The position numbers and the translations under genes were made by a program. Below the pieces are notes generated by a model. That model did no database searches, was not told the origin of the DNA, and was given only the letters and a program-made list of their open reading frames with translations. DNA of 49,702 nucleotides. It comes from a virus. Its lineage: Duplodnaviria > Caudoviricetes. Below are positions 1 through 8,144 of this stretch, piece after piece. Position 1 is the first letter of the stretch. Every line of letters starts with the position of its first letter. The stretch is taken from positions 1-49,702 of IMG/VR virus record IMGVR_UViG_3300043765_000026. The stretch is one strand, 5' to 3'.

Positions 1-2
1 GG

Positions 3-725
3 ATGGTGGAGGCTCCACGTGGAATGAGGCGACAAATGGCAGGCAGACCGGGCGTTCCACCTGACGTCCTCGCCGATGAACAAGCACGCGACCGCGACAT
101 GTCCCACGCCCGTAATGCCATCGCCCTCGCCGAAAGCCGGAGGCTGCGCGCGGGACTGCCGCCCAAACACCCGTTCAACCGCGAACAAGCGATGGAGTTC
201 GTTACCCTCGTCGCATCGAGCACCATGACCCTCAACCACATCGCCGAACACGTCGGCGTACCCGCGCCTATCTTCCTCATGTGGGCTAGTCGGTACGACG
301 AAATTGGTGAGGCTTACACGCGCGCGCGAGACGCCCAACAGCACCTTCGTGCTGACGAAATCATTGAAATCGCTGACGATGGCAAGAACGATTGGATGGA
401 GATCGAGACGAAGGCGGGACGCGTGCTGCAAGTCTACAACCACGAGCACGCCAAGCGTTCTGAGCTACGCATCAAGGCGCGGCAGTGGTTGATGAGCCGG
501 TTTGCGCCACGGGTATTCGGCGAGAGGCTGCAGATCGAGGCGGGACAGGAGACGTTACAGGCCATCGCGGCGAAGAGCGACGACGAGCGGTTGCAGGACG
601 CCATGTCGTTGATCGAGCGGGCGAAACGGCGCGTCGCTGAGGCGTACGAGGCGGGCGAGGTGAGTGATGCAGAGTACGAGGAGCATTCTCAGCTTGGCGA
701 AAGCGGGGAAAAGACCAGCGGATAA
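3..725 (+). CDS. terS: Terminase small subunit (true start may lie upstream or at an internal Met)
   Basis: HTH-like segment, then YTRARDAQ..ADEIIEIADD..NDW..RSELRIKARQWLMSRFAPRVFG, the typical P22/Sf6-like TerS C-terminal pattern; lies upstream of terL. Confidence 0.85.
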   Translation: MVEAPRGMRRQMAGRPGVPPDVLADEQARDRDMSHARNAIALAESRRLRAGLPPKHPFNREQAMEFVTLVASSTMTLNHIAEHVGVPAPIFLMWASRYDEIGEAYTRARDAQQHLRADEIIEIADDGKNDWMEIETKAGRVLQVYNHEHAKRSELRIKARQWLMSRFAPRVFGERLQIEAGQETLQAIAAKSDDERLQDAMSLIERAKRRVAEAYEAGEVSDAEYEEHSQLGESGEKTSG

Positions 726-773
726 TGGGGCTGCGGCGTTGCGGATCGCGGACTGGGCGCGCTTTTCGCTGTG

Positions 774-824
774 AGGTGGGGGGCCTTGGGCCTGCCTGGG
801 TGAAGCACCCCCGCCACCTTTTTT
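774..824 (+). terminator. Possible intrinsic terminator after terS
   Basis: AGGTGG-GGGG (774-783) can pair with CCCC-G-CCACCT (809-819), followed by a T6 run; the loop is large. Confidence 0.3.
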
Positions 825-892
825 CCGGCGCGCACGCCCGTGGCTTTTAGCCTCTCAGTAATTGCCGGACCAAAACTGAAAAATCCGGCTCG

Positions 893-934
893 CACCGTTA
901 CACATCGCCATGTTACACTTCACCGTTACACATC
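893..934 (+). repeat. Direct repeats CACCGTTACACATC x2 plus a central GTTACAC (operator- or iteron-like)
   Basis: 14-mers at 893-906 and 921-934; a third core at 912-918; intergenic, just before ATG 948. Confidence 0.75.
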
Positions 935-947
935 AGGACGGGACAGC

Positions 948-1313
948 ATGGCGAAGATTGGGGAGAAGGAGGCGCAGCGTCGTCGGCAGCGTGAGGAGGC
1001 ATTTGGCGTGGGGCCGAGTTCTGCGGAGTTGCGTCGTCGGGCGGTGGTGGTGTCGCCTCCGGCGTCGCGTCGGTCCGCGGGACGTCAGAGTGTGGCGCCG
1101 GCGATTATTGATCGGACGATAGCGGCGGTTAGGGAGTTAGAGGCATCGACGAGAGGGCATGGTGGAGTGGCGCGGGATCGTGCTCGAGCTCCACGTGGAG
1201 AGAAGTTGGCGTCGTATGCTCCGGTGGGTGAGTGTGACTATTGCGATGGTCGCAGGGAGCATTCCAAGGCGGCGATGAAGAAGGCTCGGGCCAAGAGGAG
1301 GGGTGATGCGTAA
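948..1313 (+). CDS. Small basic protein with a C-terminal CxxC (APVGECDYCDGRR)
   Basis: ATG 948 after GGACGGGAC; basic tail; overlaps the next ORF. Confidence 0.6.
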   Translation: MAKIGEKEAQRRRQREEAFGVGPSSAELRRRAVVVSPPASRRSAGRQSVAPAIIDRTIAAVRELEASTRGHGGVARDRARAPRGEKLASYAPVGECDYCDGRREHSKAAMKKARAKRRGDA

Positions 1314-1470
1314 TCCGTATGTGGGGAGGTTGGCGCCTGTTGTCGTGCTGCGGCCTAAGAGGAGACAGATGAGCGCACCTCCTGGACAATGCCCGAAGTG
1401 TGATGAGCGACGGCTTATGGCCCGGATGGCGACGCGGCGCAGTCGGGCCCGTCGGAAGGAGGGTGGGTGA
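1306..1470 (+). CDS. 54-aa basic CxxC protein (APPGQCPKCDERR), similar to the end of the preceding gene
   Basis: Translated by hand (below the track cutoff); SD GAGGAGG; overlaps its neighbours at start and stop. Confidence 0.55.
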   Translation: MRNPYVGRLAPVVVLRPKRRQMSAPPGQCPKCDERRLMARMATRRSRARRKEGG

Positions 1471-1709
1471 TGGGGGCGTGGCTGATGGTGGGGGTGGTGT
1501 TGTTGGTGAGTGCGCCGTCGCCCAGGGTTGCGGCGTGTCAGGAGGTTGACCGGTTGCTGGAGCGGTGTCCGTCGTGTGTTGGGGCGATAGATGCGGCGAG
1601 GCTGCGGTGTTGGCAGGGGTTGTTGGATGGTCCGGTGGGGGGTGAGCCGTCGCTGTCGATTGAGCCGGGGCCGGGAGTAGGGGCTATTCCGGGGAAAGGC
1701 GGTGAGTGA
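1467..1709 (+). CDS. Hypothetical protein with a signal-peptide-like N-terminus and several Cys
   Basis: GTGA overlap with the upstream stop; hydrophobic N-terminus. Confidence 0.45.
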   Translation: MMGAWLMVGVVLLVSAPSPRVAACQEVDRLLERCPSCVGAIDAARLRCWQGLLDGPVGGEPSLSIEPGPGVGAIPGKGGE

Positions 1710-1839
1710 CCCGTCGCTGTTGGTGTTGGTGGGGGCGATCGGGTTTGTGGTGGGGTTTCGGGTGGCGGCGTGGATGGGGAGGAGGCAGATCGATCGGTTG
1801 CGGCGGATTTGGCTAGGGAGGACGACCGAACATGGCTGA
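1702..1839 (+). CDS. 45-aa single-TM hypothetical protein
   Basis: Translated by hand: MSDPSLLVLVGAIGFVVGFRVAAW...; overlaps both neighbours. Confidence 0.45.
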   Translation: MSDPSLLVLVGAIGFVVGFRVAAWMGRRQIDRLRRIWLGRTTEHG

Positions 1840-2149
1840 CGACGACATCGTGGCGGTACTAGACCGCTGGCTCGACTACTGGCGCTCCCCCCGTGGCGAG
1901 AACGAGGATTTAGCGATAATGGCTCGGCGCGCCCGCGATGAGATTGTGGCGCTGCGCAAGCAGTTGGATGATGCGCTGCGGCGCGAGTACGCATCCCGGC
2001 AAACTCAGGTGTTGCCGGGATGGACGGACGCGCTGCGCCAGACCCGCGCCGAGGCGCTGGAGGAGGCGGCGCTTGTTTGCGAGAGAAGCGGCGCAGGAGG
2101 TTGCTTCTCGGCGGCACGCGCGATCCGCGCGCTGAAGGAGAAGCCATGA
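1832..2149 (+). CDS. Hypothetical phage protein
   Basis: SD GGAGG; C-terminal ALEEAALVCE..AARAIRALK is a common small-phage-protein pattern. Confidence 0.65.
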   Translation: MADDDIVAVLDRWLDYWRSPRGENEDLAIMARRARDEIVALRKQLDDALRREYASRQTQVLPGWTDALRQTRAEALEEAALVCERSGAGGCFSAARAIRALKEKP

Positions 2150-2310
2150 GTGAGGAGGACTGGGCGCCGGTGCGGGAGGTTGGGAAGGGTCCGACCGGGT
2201 GGCGGTGGGTGAACTGGGGGCTGTGGCTGTTTTTCACGGTGGTGGTGAGCATGGGGGGCGGGCTGTTATGGGTTAGCGCGTGTCGTTGGTGGTTGACGGG
2301 GGCGTTGTGA
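2146..2310 (+). CDS. Small membrane protein
   Basis: ATGA overlap, SD AAGGAG, Trp-rich TM segment. Confidence 0.5.
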   Translation: MSEEDWAPVREVGKGPTGWRWVNWGLWLFFTVVVSMGGGLLWVSACRWWLTGAL

Positions 2311-2549
2311 TGGCGGTGCCGAAGGCGGGACCTCTGGCGGAGGCGAAGAAGGAGTTTCGCAGCGCCTCGCACCGGTTGGAGCATGCGCGGCATGAGTTGG
2401 AGAAAGCGGCGGCGATGATGCGGCAGCGTCAGGGGGAGTATGATGAGGCGGTGAGGGCGTACCGGAAGGCGTTGGGGGATGAGGCGTGGAAGGATGGCTC
2501 GGAGCGCGTTGCTGGTTCTGGGAGGGCTAGTGCTGGCCGGGTCCGCTGA
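2307..2549 (+). CDS. Hypothetical coiled-coil protein
   Basis: GTGA overlap; charged heptad-like helix. Confidence 0.5.
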   Translation: MMAVPKAGPLAEAKKEFRSASHRLEHARHELEKAAAMMRQRQGEYDEAVRAYRKALGDEAWKDGSERVAGSGRASAGRVR

Positions 2550-2736
2550 TCACCCGGGGGAGCGGCCGTATGCGTGCCGGCAGTTGGACCGGTTGGAGCG
2601 GCGGTGTCAGTTTGACGGGTGTTCGGTGCCGCAGCTGGAAAAGGCCAGGGATCGTTGCTGGCGGGTGTTGTGGGGGATGTTGGCCCGGCCGGGTGCGGTC
2701 ATTCCGCCGCGGTCGGTCCAGCCCGGCGCCCAGTAG
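2494..2736 (+). CDS. Hypothetical secreted-like Cys-containing protein
   Basis: ATG 2494 after GGAAGG; hydrophobic N-terminus; 4 Cys. Confidence 0.45.
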   Translation: MARSALLVLGGLVLAGSADHPGERPYACRQLDRLERRCQFDGCSVPQLEKARDRCWRVLWGMLARPGAVIPPRSVQPGAQ

Positions 2737-2738
2737 TA

Positions 2739-2754
2739 AATTCCACGTGGAATT
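2739..2754. promoter_or_regulatory. parS-like perfect palindrome AATTCCACGTGGAATT
   Basis: Perfect 16-bp palindrome, intergenic, 11 bp upstream of TAGAAT (2766-2771). Confidence 0.7.
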
Positions 2755-2783
2755 ATCAAATGTTGTAGAATAGGGTGGCTGGG

Positions 2784-2930
2784 ATGGGCTTCCTTCTGGG
2801 ATTGGTGATTGGGTTGGTGGCCGGCATGGCGGTCGGCATCGTGGTGTGCATGGGGATGGGGCTGTACCTGGGCTGGAGGCTGGAGCATGAGAGGGACTTC
2901 CCGTGGAAGCACCCGCGGCAGATCGACTGA
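2784..2930 (+). CDS. 48-aa single-TM hypothetical protein
   Basis: Translated by hand: MGFLLGLVIGLVAGMAVGIVVCMGMGLYLGW... Confidence 0.45.
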   Translation: MGFLLGLVIGLVAGMAVGIVVCMGMGLYLGWRLEHERDFPWKHPRQID

Positions 2931-2959
2931 CCACTCATTATATATAGGGGATCGCGATC

Positions 2960-3163
2960 GTGGATGACGACGCGGAGAGGGTCGACGGGGTGGCCCGGGC
3001 GATTTACATGACGCACTGGCGCGAGGGTGACGAGGCCCGGGGCATTCGCGCGGCGCCGGTCTGGGAGAATGCGAGCGATCCGGTGAAGGACCATGTCCGT
3101 GCCCAGGCGAGAGCGGCGTTGGCGTATCTGCGCCGGTTGATTGATGAGGAGCCGGGGCTGTGA
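2960..3163 (+). CDS. Hypothetical phage protein
   Basis: VARAIY...WE...QARAAL pattern common in small phage proteins; stop overlaps the next start. Confidence 0.55.
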   Translation: MDDDAERVDGVARAIYMTHWREGDEARGIRAAPVWENASDPVKDHVRAQARAALAYLRRLIDEEPGL

Positions 3164-3435
3164 TCGGGGCGCCAGGTCCGATCCCGGCACGGGTCGACCC
3201 TTATATCGAGAAGCTCTGCCGGTTGTTGTGCCTGCAGAGTGGGGTGGACCCGGACGAGCGGATCTACCACCCGAGTATCGACGAGCCGCCGGGTCCGATG
3301 TGGCGTTTGCACGTCGAGGGGGTGCGGATGGTCTTGGAGGGTCTCTATGAACTGGAGCCGATGTCGAGGAGCTTTCTGGGGCCGGTTCTGGCGGAGCGGG
3401 AAGAGCCGGTTTTCGGGGAGGCGAAACGTCATTGA
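3160..3435 (+). CDS. Hypothetical protein
   Basis: GTGA overlap, SD GAGGAG. Confidence 0.5.
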   Translation: MIGAPGPIPARVDPYIEKLCRLLCLQSGVDPDERIYHPSIDEPPGPMWRLHVEGVRMVLEGLYELEPMSRSFLGPVLAEREEPVFGEAKRH

Positions 3436-3486
3436 AGCGGCCTCTATATATATAGTGTGTGCGTGAAAACGCTGTGGAGGGGCTAA

Positions 3487-3894
3487 ATGGCTGAACACGA
3501 TGGCGAAATGCTCTTTCGGCTGTATTCGGCCAACGGTGGGCTGATGCGGGCGATTTCGGAGCTCGAGTATGCGATTGTGGCGCTCCGATGCGAGCGCTCG
3601 CCGGAGGTGTTGTGGAAGCGGCTGGAGGGGGTCATCCCGCGCCTCACCGAGCAGTTGGCGGTGGGGCTGGGCCGGGCGCCGCCGGAGCTTGCACGGATCC
3701 CGCCCTATCCTGACCCGCAGCGGCAACAGGGTCCGCTGCAGTATCCCCGATCGAAGTACGACCCGCCGGTGCCGGGGTATCAGGCGCCGAAGTGGGTGGC
3801 GTATGAGCCGCTGACCGATGTACCGCTCACGCCGCAGAACGACGACGAAGTTGGGTTCGGCCCCCGGGAGCCGGTTGGCGAGGAGAAACCATGA
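3487..3894 (+). CDS. Hypothetical protein
   Basis: SD GGAGG; GC-rich third codon positions; ATGA overlap with the next gene. Confidence 0.55.
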   Translation: MAEHDGEMLFRLYSANGGLMRAISELEYAIVALRCERSPEVLWKRLEGVIPRLTEQLAVGLGRAPPELARIPPYPDPQRQQGPLQYPRSKYDPPVPGYQAPKWVAYEPLTDVPLTPQNDDEVGFGPREPVGEEKP

Positions 3895-4163
3895 CCAGGA
3901 GGCCGACGGGCCCGAAGAAGGCGACGAAGCTGGGCCCGATGGGTTCGTTTTCGCAGGGCAGGCTCAACCAGGACGACCAGGGCGATCTGATGCTGGCGGT
4001 GACCCCGGACAGACGAAAGGGCCTGGTGCGGATAGATTTCGGCACCGGGCTCACCTGGCTGGCCTTGGATCCCCAGACGGCGAGGAAGATGGCCGAAGGA
4101 TTGACCCGGGCGGCGGACGCCGTGGCTACGGTCGACACCTCGCCGCGGGGCAGCAATAGTTGA
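3891..4163 (+). CDS. Hypothetical phage protein
   Basis: SD GAGGAG; G.F..G.LN.DD.G.L...V.....VRIDFG...W pattern. Confidence 0.6.
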   Translation: MTRRPTGPKKATKLGPMGSFSQGRLNQDDQGDLMLAVTPDRRKGLVRIDFGTGLTWLALDPQTARKMAEGLTRAADAVATVDTSPRGSNS

Positions 4164-4173
4164 GGAGACGGCG

Positions 4174-4413
4174 ATGTATGTCTTGCTGCAGGACGAGAGC
4201 ATCAATCCCTACCCGACCAAGCGCTGGTTTTTGTGCCTGACGTGCAACGACTGCGAGGCGTATGACGAGGTCGGGCTGGACAGCGACGACATCCCGCTCG
4301 ACCGCGGGGTCGAACTGGCGCTGCGGGTGCGCGGCTGGACGAAGCGCCCCGACCCGACGATCCACAGCGATTGCTGGTGCCGCGAATGCTCGGCGAAGAG
4401 GAAGGCGGCATGA
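4174..4413 (+). CDS. Zinc-finger-like small protein (CNDC...CREC)
   Basis: SD GAGGAG; two CxxC pairs. Confidence 0.55.
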   Translation: MYVLLQDESINPYPTKRWFLCLTCNDCEAYDEVGLDSDDIPLDRGVELALRVRGWTKRPDPTIHSDCWCRECSAKRKAA

Positions 4414-4619
4414 GCGACAACGTGGTGGCCGAGCGGCTCCTGTCGACGATCCGCGACGTGGCGATCGGGGTCTACCCGTTCCCCGAGGGGTCGGATGTCG
4501 ACGCCCGCTACGCAATGGCGTTCGCCCTCATCGCCGGGGTCACCACCGAGGCGCTAACCGCGGTGCATGACGGCAGGCCGATGTCATTGAAGCTGGCTCA
4601 CGGCCCGGAGCCGGCGTGA
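4410..4619 (+). CDS. Hypothetical protein
   Basis: ATGA overlap upstream and GTGA overlap with terL. Confidence 0.5.
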   Translation: MSDNVVAERLLSTIRDVAIGVYPFPEGSDVDARYAMAFALIAGVTTEALTAVHDGRPMSLKLAHGPEPA

Positions 4620-6430
4620 TGGCGACGTCGCCTGAGATCCTGGAGAAGCTGGCCGGTCTCACCGAGAATGACCTCAAGGTCCTGATGAAGGTGGACCCCA
4701 AGCTGTTTGAGAAGATCTCCAAACACATTACGGTCGAGCAGCAGAAGGACGAGCGTCTGCGCTGCGAAGATAGTCTTGTCGAGTTCCTGATCGCTGCGTG
4801 GCCGCATATCGGCGAACCGGAGCCGCTTGATCTTAATTGGCATCACGAAGTCATCGCTGGCTACCTTGAGGCGCAGGCATATGGCGATTACCAGAACGTG
4901 ATTGTCAACCAGCCGCCCCGGACGACGAAGTCGCTGCTGTGCTCGGTGGCGCTGCCGGGCTGGATCTGGGCGCAGCCGAAGGAGAAGTGGAACCACCGCA
5001 TGGGGCCGCACGTGCAGTTCTTCTGCCTCTCCTACAACAAGATGCTGACCGACGAGATCGCGACGAAGAACCGGCGCCTGGTGATGAGCGAGTGGTATCA
5101 GTCGCACTGGGGTCACCAGGTCAGCCTGCGCGAGGATCAGCAGAACAAGTCGAATTTCCAACTGGAGGCCGGCGGCGGGCGCGTCAGCAACTCGATCGAG
5201 GGCGGCGTCCTGGGGCGCGGCGGCATCTGGCAACTGATCGACGACCCGCATCACGTCAAGGGGGCGGAGAGCGACCTGCAGCGGGCCGAGACCTTGGAGG
5301 GTATGCGCGCCCTGGTGACGCGCGTGAACAACCCCAGGCATTCGGCCCGCACCCTGGTGATGCAGCGCCTGCACCGCGACGACGCGACCAACTACGCGCT
5401 CGAGAACTGGCGCGGCCGGACCAAGCACATCATGTTCCCGATGAAGCTGGACACGCTTCGCCAGATCGAGGACGACCCGCGCCGCGAGGATGGCGAGCTC
5501 CTGTGGCCCCGAAGGTGGACCGCCGAAGCGGTCGCCGCCGAAGAGAACGAACTAGGCGAATACGGCACGGCGGGCCAGTTGCAGCAGTCGCCGGTTCCGC
5601 GCGGTGGCGGCGTCATCAAGGAAGCCTGGTGGCGCCTGTGGCCCGACGACGCCGAGCGCGACGCCGGCAATCTCTTGCCCTACAAGTGCTACCGCTGCCA
5701 GTGGGAACAGACGATGAGCCCGCAGGGGTCGGCCGTCACCTGCCCGATGTGCGGGGCCAAGGCGGAAGTCAAGATCGTCTACCCCGACACCAGCTTCCGC
5801 ATGCTCTTTGTCGATACCGCCTATTCGGAGGCCGATGTCGAGCGCAACTCGTTCAACGCCATCACCCGGTGGGGGGTGTGGCATTCTAAGGACGACGCGC
5901 CCAGGGCGATGCTGATGCAAGCCTGGCAGGGAAGGGTGCCGCTCAGAGGCGGGCATTACGACCGGCGCGATCCGACGGTCCCGCAATATGACAAGGGCCT
6001 GGTCGAGATCGTTCACGACATGGCGACCTTGGGCGAAGTCGATGCGGTGGTCATTGAAAAGAAGACCCGCGGTGTCGATCTAAATGCCGAACTGGAACGG
6101 CTGACCCGGCCTTGGCCCTACAGGATCGAGTTTTTCGAGCCGACCGGGCGAGGCGACAAGGTGGCGCGGCTGGTCACCTGCACCGCGCTCTTCACCAACG
6201 ACATGGTGTGGGCGCCGGGGAAGCAGTGGGCGAGAACGGTCATCGACCAAGTGTCTGCCGTTCCACGTGCCAAACACGACGACCTGGCCGACACGGTCAG
6301 TGGATCCTTGATCTATATGCGGGAGTACGGGTTGTTGCCGCTCAGTTACGAATACGAGGCCGAGAAACGGCGCAACGCGCTCTTCGCCCCCAGCCGCGAG
6401 GGGATCCGCGAGCTCTACGAGGAGGTGTGA
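4616..6430 (+). CDS. terL: Terminase large subunit
   Basis: Walker A-like NQPPRTTKS, Walker B LIDDPH, coupling motif LVMQRLH, GQLQQSP, RNase H-like acidic residues FVDTAY and HDDLADT. Confidence 0.95.
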   Translation: MMATSPEILEKLAGLTENDLKVLMKVDPKLFEKISKHITVEQQKDERLRCEDSLVEFLIAAWPHIGEPEPLDLNWHHEVIAGYLEAQAYGDYQNVIVNQPPRTTKSLLCSVALPGWIWAQPKEKWNHRMGPHVQFFCLSYNKMLTDEIATKNRRLVMSEWYQSHWGHQVSLREDQQNKSNFQLEAGGGRVSNSIEGGVLGRGGIWQLIDDPHHVKGAESDLQRAETLEGMRALVTRVNNPRHSARTLVMQRLHRDDATNYALENWRGRTKHIMFPMKLDTLRQIEDDPRREDGELLWPRRWTAEAVAAEENELGEYGTAGQLQQSPVPRGGGVIKEAWWRLWPDDAERDAGNLLPYKCYRCQWEQTMSPQGSAVTCPMCGAKAEVKIVYPDTSFRMLFVDTAYSEADVERNSFNAITRWGVWHSKDDAPRAMLMQAWQGRVPLRGGHYDRRDPTVPQYDKGLVEIVHDMATLGEVDAVVIEKKTRGVDLNAELERLTRPWPYRIEFFEPTGRGDKVARLVTCTALFTNDMVWAPGKQWARTVIDQVSAVPRAKHDDLADTVSGSLIYMREYGLLPLSYEYEAEKRRNALFAPSREGIRELYEEV

Positions 6431-6556
6431 GTGAGCGAGAAGTGGTTCGACAGTCACGTCAAACGACCGGGGCATCACTGGGCGCTCTTCTGGGGCTACG
6501 CGCTGTTCATGGTGGCGCTGTCGATGTGGGTGACATGGATGCAGACGAGGGGGTGA
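6431..6556 (+). CDS. 41-aa membrane protein
   Basis: Translated by hand: MSEKWFDSHVKRPGHHWALFWGYALFMVALSMWVTW...; SD GGAGG. Confidence 0.45.
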   Translation: MSEKWFDSHVKRPGHHWALFWGYALFMVALSMWVTWMQTRG

Positions 6557-6562
6557 AAAGCG

Positions 6563-6757
6563 GTGACCAAGGAGCAGTTTCTGCAGCTGGCGAAAGCGGC
6601 GACCGAACAGGTGATGGCGACCCCCGATTGGATCTTCAATTCGGCCGGGATCGAGCTCCGTTACACCACCCAGGACGGCGAAGTCGTCGCCGTCGGTTAC
6701 GAGCGAATGGAACAAGAGAGGAACGACGATGACCGAAGAAATGACCGAGCAAATTGA
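6563..6757 (+). CDS. Hypothetical protein
   Basis: Fills the gap in a + strand gene run; SD-like GAGGGGG. Confidence 0.45.
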   Translation: MTKEQFLQLAKAATEQVMATPDWIFNSAGIELRYTTQDGEVVAVGYERMEQERNDDDRRNDRAN

Positions 6758-7094
6758 AGCGGTAAGGAAGCCGAAAACCATGATCATCGTGAAGCGCCAA
6801 CGGCGCGGATTGATGGCGGTGTGGTTCTGCAACGCGGTGATGAAAGGGCCGAACGGCGAGACCCTGCCGATCCGGGTGGAAAGCGGTCGTTTCAAGGACA
6901 TGGCCGGTATCGACATCGCGGTTCCCCGGCAGTGGAAGGCGATCGATGGGGTGAGCCAGGAGGATCGCGCCTACAAGATCTGGCGGATGCTGCAGGCCGC
7001 CGGCCATGACGCGATGTGGACCGAGACGCTGTGGTGCCCGCCGGGCACCCGTGTCGAAATGGCTGACGGCTCCTATATGATTGCCGGAGCATAG
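6729..7094 (+). CDS. Hypothetical protein
   Basis: SD GAGAGGA; globular-looking composition. Confidence 0.55.
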   Translation: MTEEMTEQIEAVRKPKTMIIVKRQRRGLMAVWFCNAVMKGPNGETLPIRVESGRFKDMAGIDIAVPRQWKAIDGVSQEDRAYKIWRMLQAAGHDAMWTETLWCPPGTRVEMADGSYMIAGA

Positions 7095-7106
7095 TGTAAG
7101 AAGCCT

Positions 7107-7574
7107 ATGGCGTCAGTGCAGCGGTGCCCGTTTTGCGACAGCGGTTCCACATGGAATTATTGCGATTGCCAATGGGCGCAAGTGGCGCGACGTCATGGGC
7201 CGATCTTTGCGAAGCAACGTTGGTATGCGGCTGGATCTCCTTATCAGCATAGGGTGCTGGTCATTGCACCTCGAGATAAGGCCCCGGCCCCGGGAGTGGC
7301 GCAAGCCGTTGTCGGGGCCGGTCCAGACAAGACGACTGCGGTTTACGCTGCGCCGGGTTCGGCGCGGAACGCGGTCGGCTTGTCCGACCCGCCGCCCAAG
7401 CGCGGTCGCGGGCGTCTGAAGCAGACACCGGAAGGCTTTGACAAGGCGGCGTGGCAACGCGCCTACATGCGCGAGCATCGTCGAGGCATGCGGCGCACCG
7501 AGGAAGGCAGACGGAGGGTGGAGGATGAGCGACAGGCGAAGCACCAAGGATCGCGACACCACGGCGCTGTTTGA
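7107..7574 (+). CDS. Basic protein with N-terminal Cys cluster and C-terminal AWQRAYMREHRR motif (putative DNA-binding)
   Basis: CPFC..CDC, KRGRGR and the 'RAYMRE' basic helix seen in small phage DNA-binding proteins. Confidence 0.55.
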   Translation: MASVQRCPFCDSGSTWNYCDCQWAQVARRHGPIFAKQRWYAAGSPYQHRVLVIAPRDKAPAPGVAQAVVGAGPDKTTAVYAAPGSARNAVGLSDPPPKRGRGRLKQTPEGFDKAAWQRAYMREHRRGMRRTEEGRRRVEDERQAKHQGSRHHGAV

Positions 7575-8085
7575 GGAAGGGTTCGGCGCCCCGGCGGCTC
7601 ACGAAGCCGTGAACGGCCAGGCCCCCGAGGAGGCGGCGCAACCGCCGCAGCCGCAACCGACCCCGCCGCAAGTGGCCTCGGAGGTGCCCGAGACGCGCCG
7701 TCCGGGACGCCGGCCAGCCCAGCCGCCGGCGGAACCGGTGCCGGCCGAGCCGATGATGGACGATCTGGACATGATCCTGACCGCGCCCACGGCGCCGTTG
7801 ATGCTCAAGATGCTGGCGGGCCGCATCAAGCAACTGGAGGCGCTCTCCCCGGGCAACTCGATCCTGGCGCTGGACACGCGTCTGCGCCACTTGGAGCCGG
7901 TGGTGCAGCAGATGGCGCAGCAGCGCGCCGTCGCCGAGGTGCAGATGGAGCGGCAGATCAGAAGCGCCGCTTTGGACCTGGCGATCAAGGCGCTGACCGC
8001 GATGCCCGAGGCCGATCGCAGCCCGGACACGATCTCGGCCTATGCCGACGCCTTCACCCAGTACATGAAGGTAGGTGACCACTGA
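7525..8085 (+). CDS. Hypothetical protein (Pro-rich linker plus coiled coil)
   Basis: ATG 7525 with SD GGAGG. Confidence 0.6.
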   Translation: MSDRRSTKDRDTTALFEEGFGAPAAHEAVNGQAPEEAAQPPQPQPTPPQVASEVPETRRPGRRPAQPPAEPVPAEPMMDDLDMILTAPTAPLMLKMLAGRIKQLEALSPGNSILALDTRLRHLEPVVQQMAQQRAVAEVQMERQIRSAALDLAIKALTAMPEADRSPDTISAYADAFTQYMKVGDH

Positions 8086-8110
8086 TTTAGGCGGCGCCGG
8101 AGCCGCCTAG

Positions 8111-8136
8111 AGAACCACAGGATTTTCGTGTTATAT
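8111..8136 (+). promoter_or_regulatory. Putative late promoter motif AGAACCACAGGA-N8-TTATAT upstream of portal
   Basis: Same motif and spacing recur at 18778 and 32744. Confidence 0.5.
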
Positions 8137-8144
8137 GCGGAGGC

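Noticed and set aside
1137-2393. 418-aa minus-strand ORF
   Set aside because: Pro/His/Arg-rich by-product of the G/T skew; the + strand is tiled by coupled ORFs with SD sites
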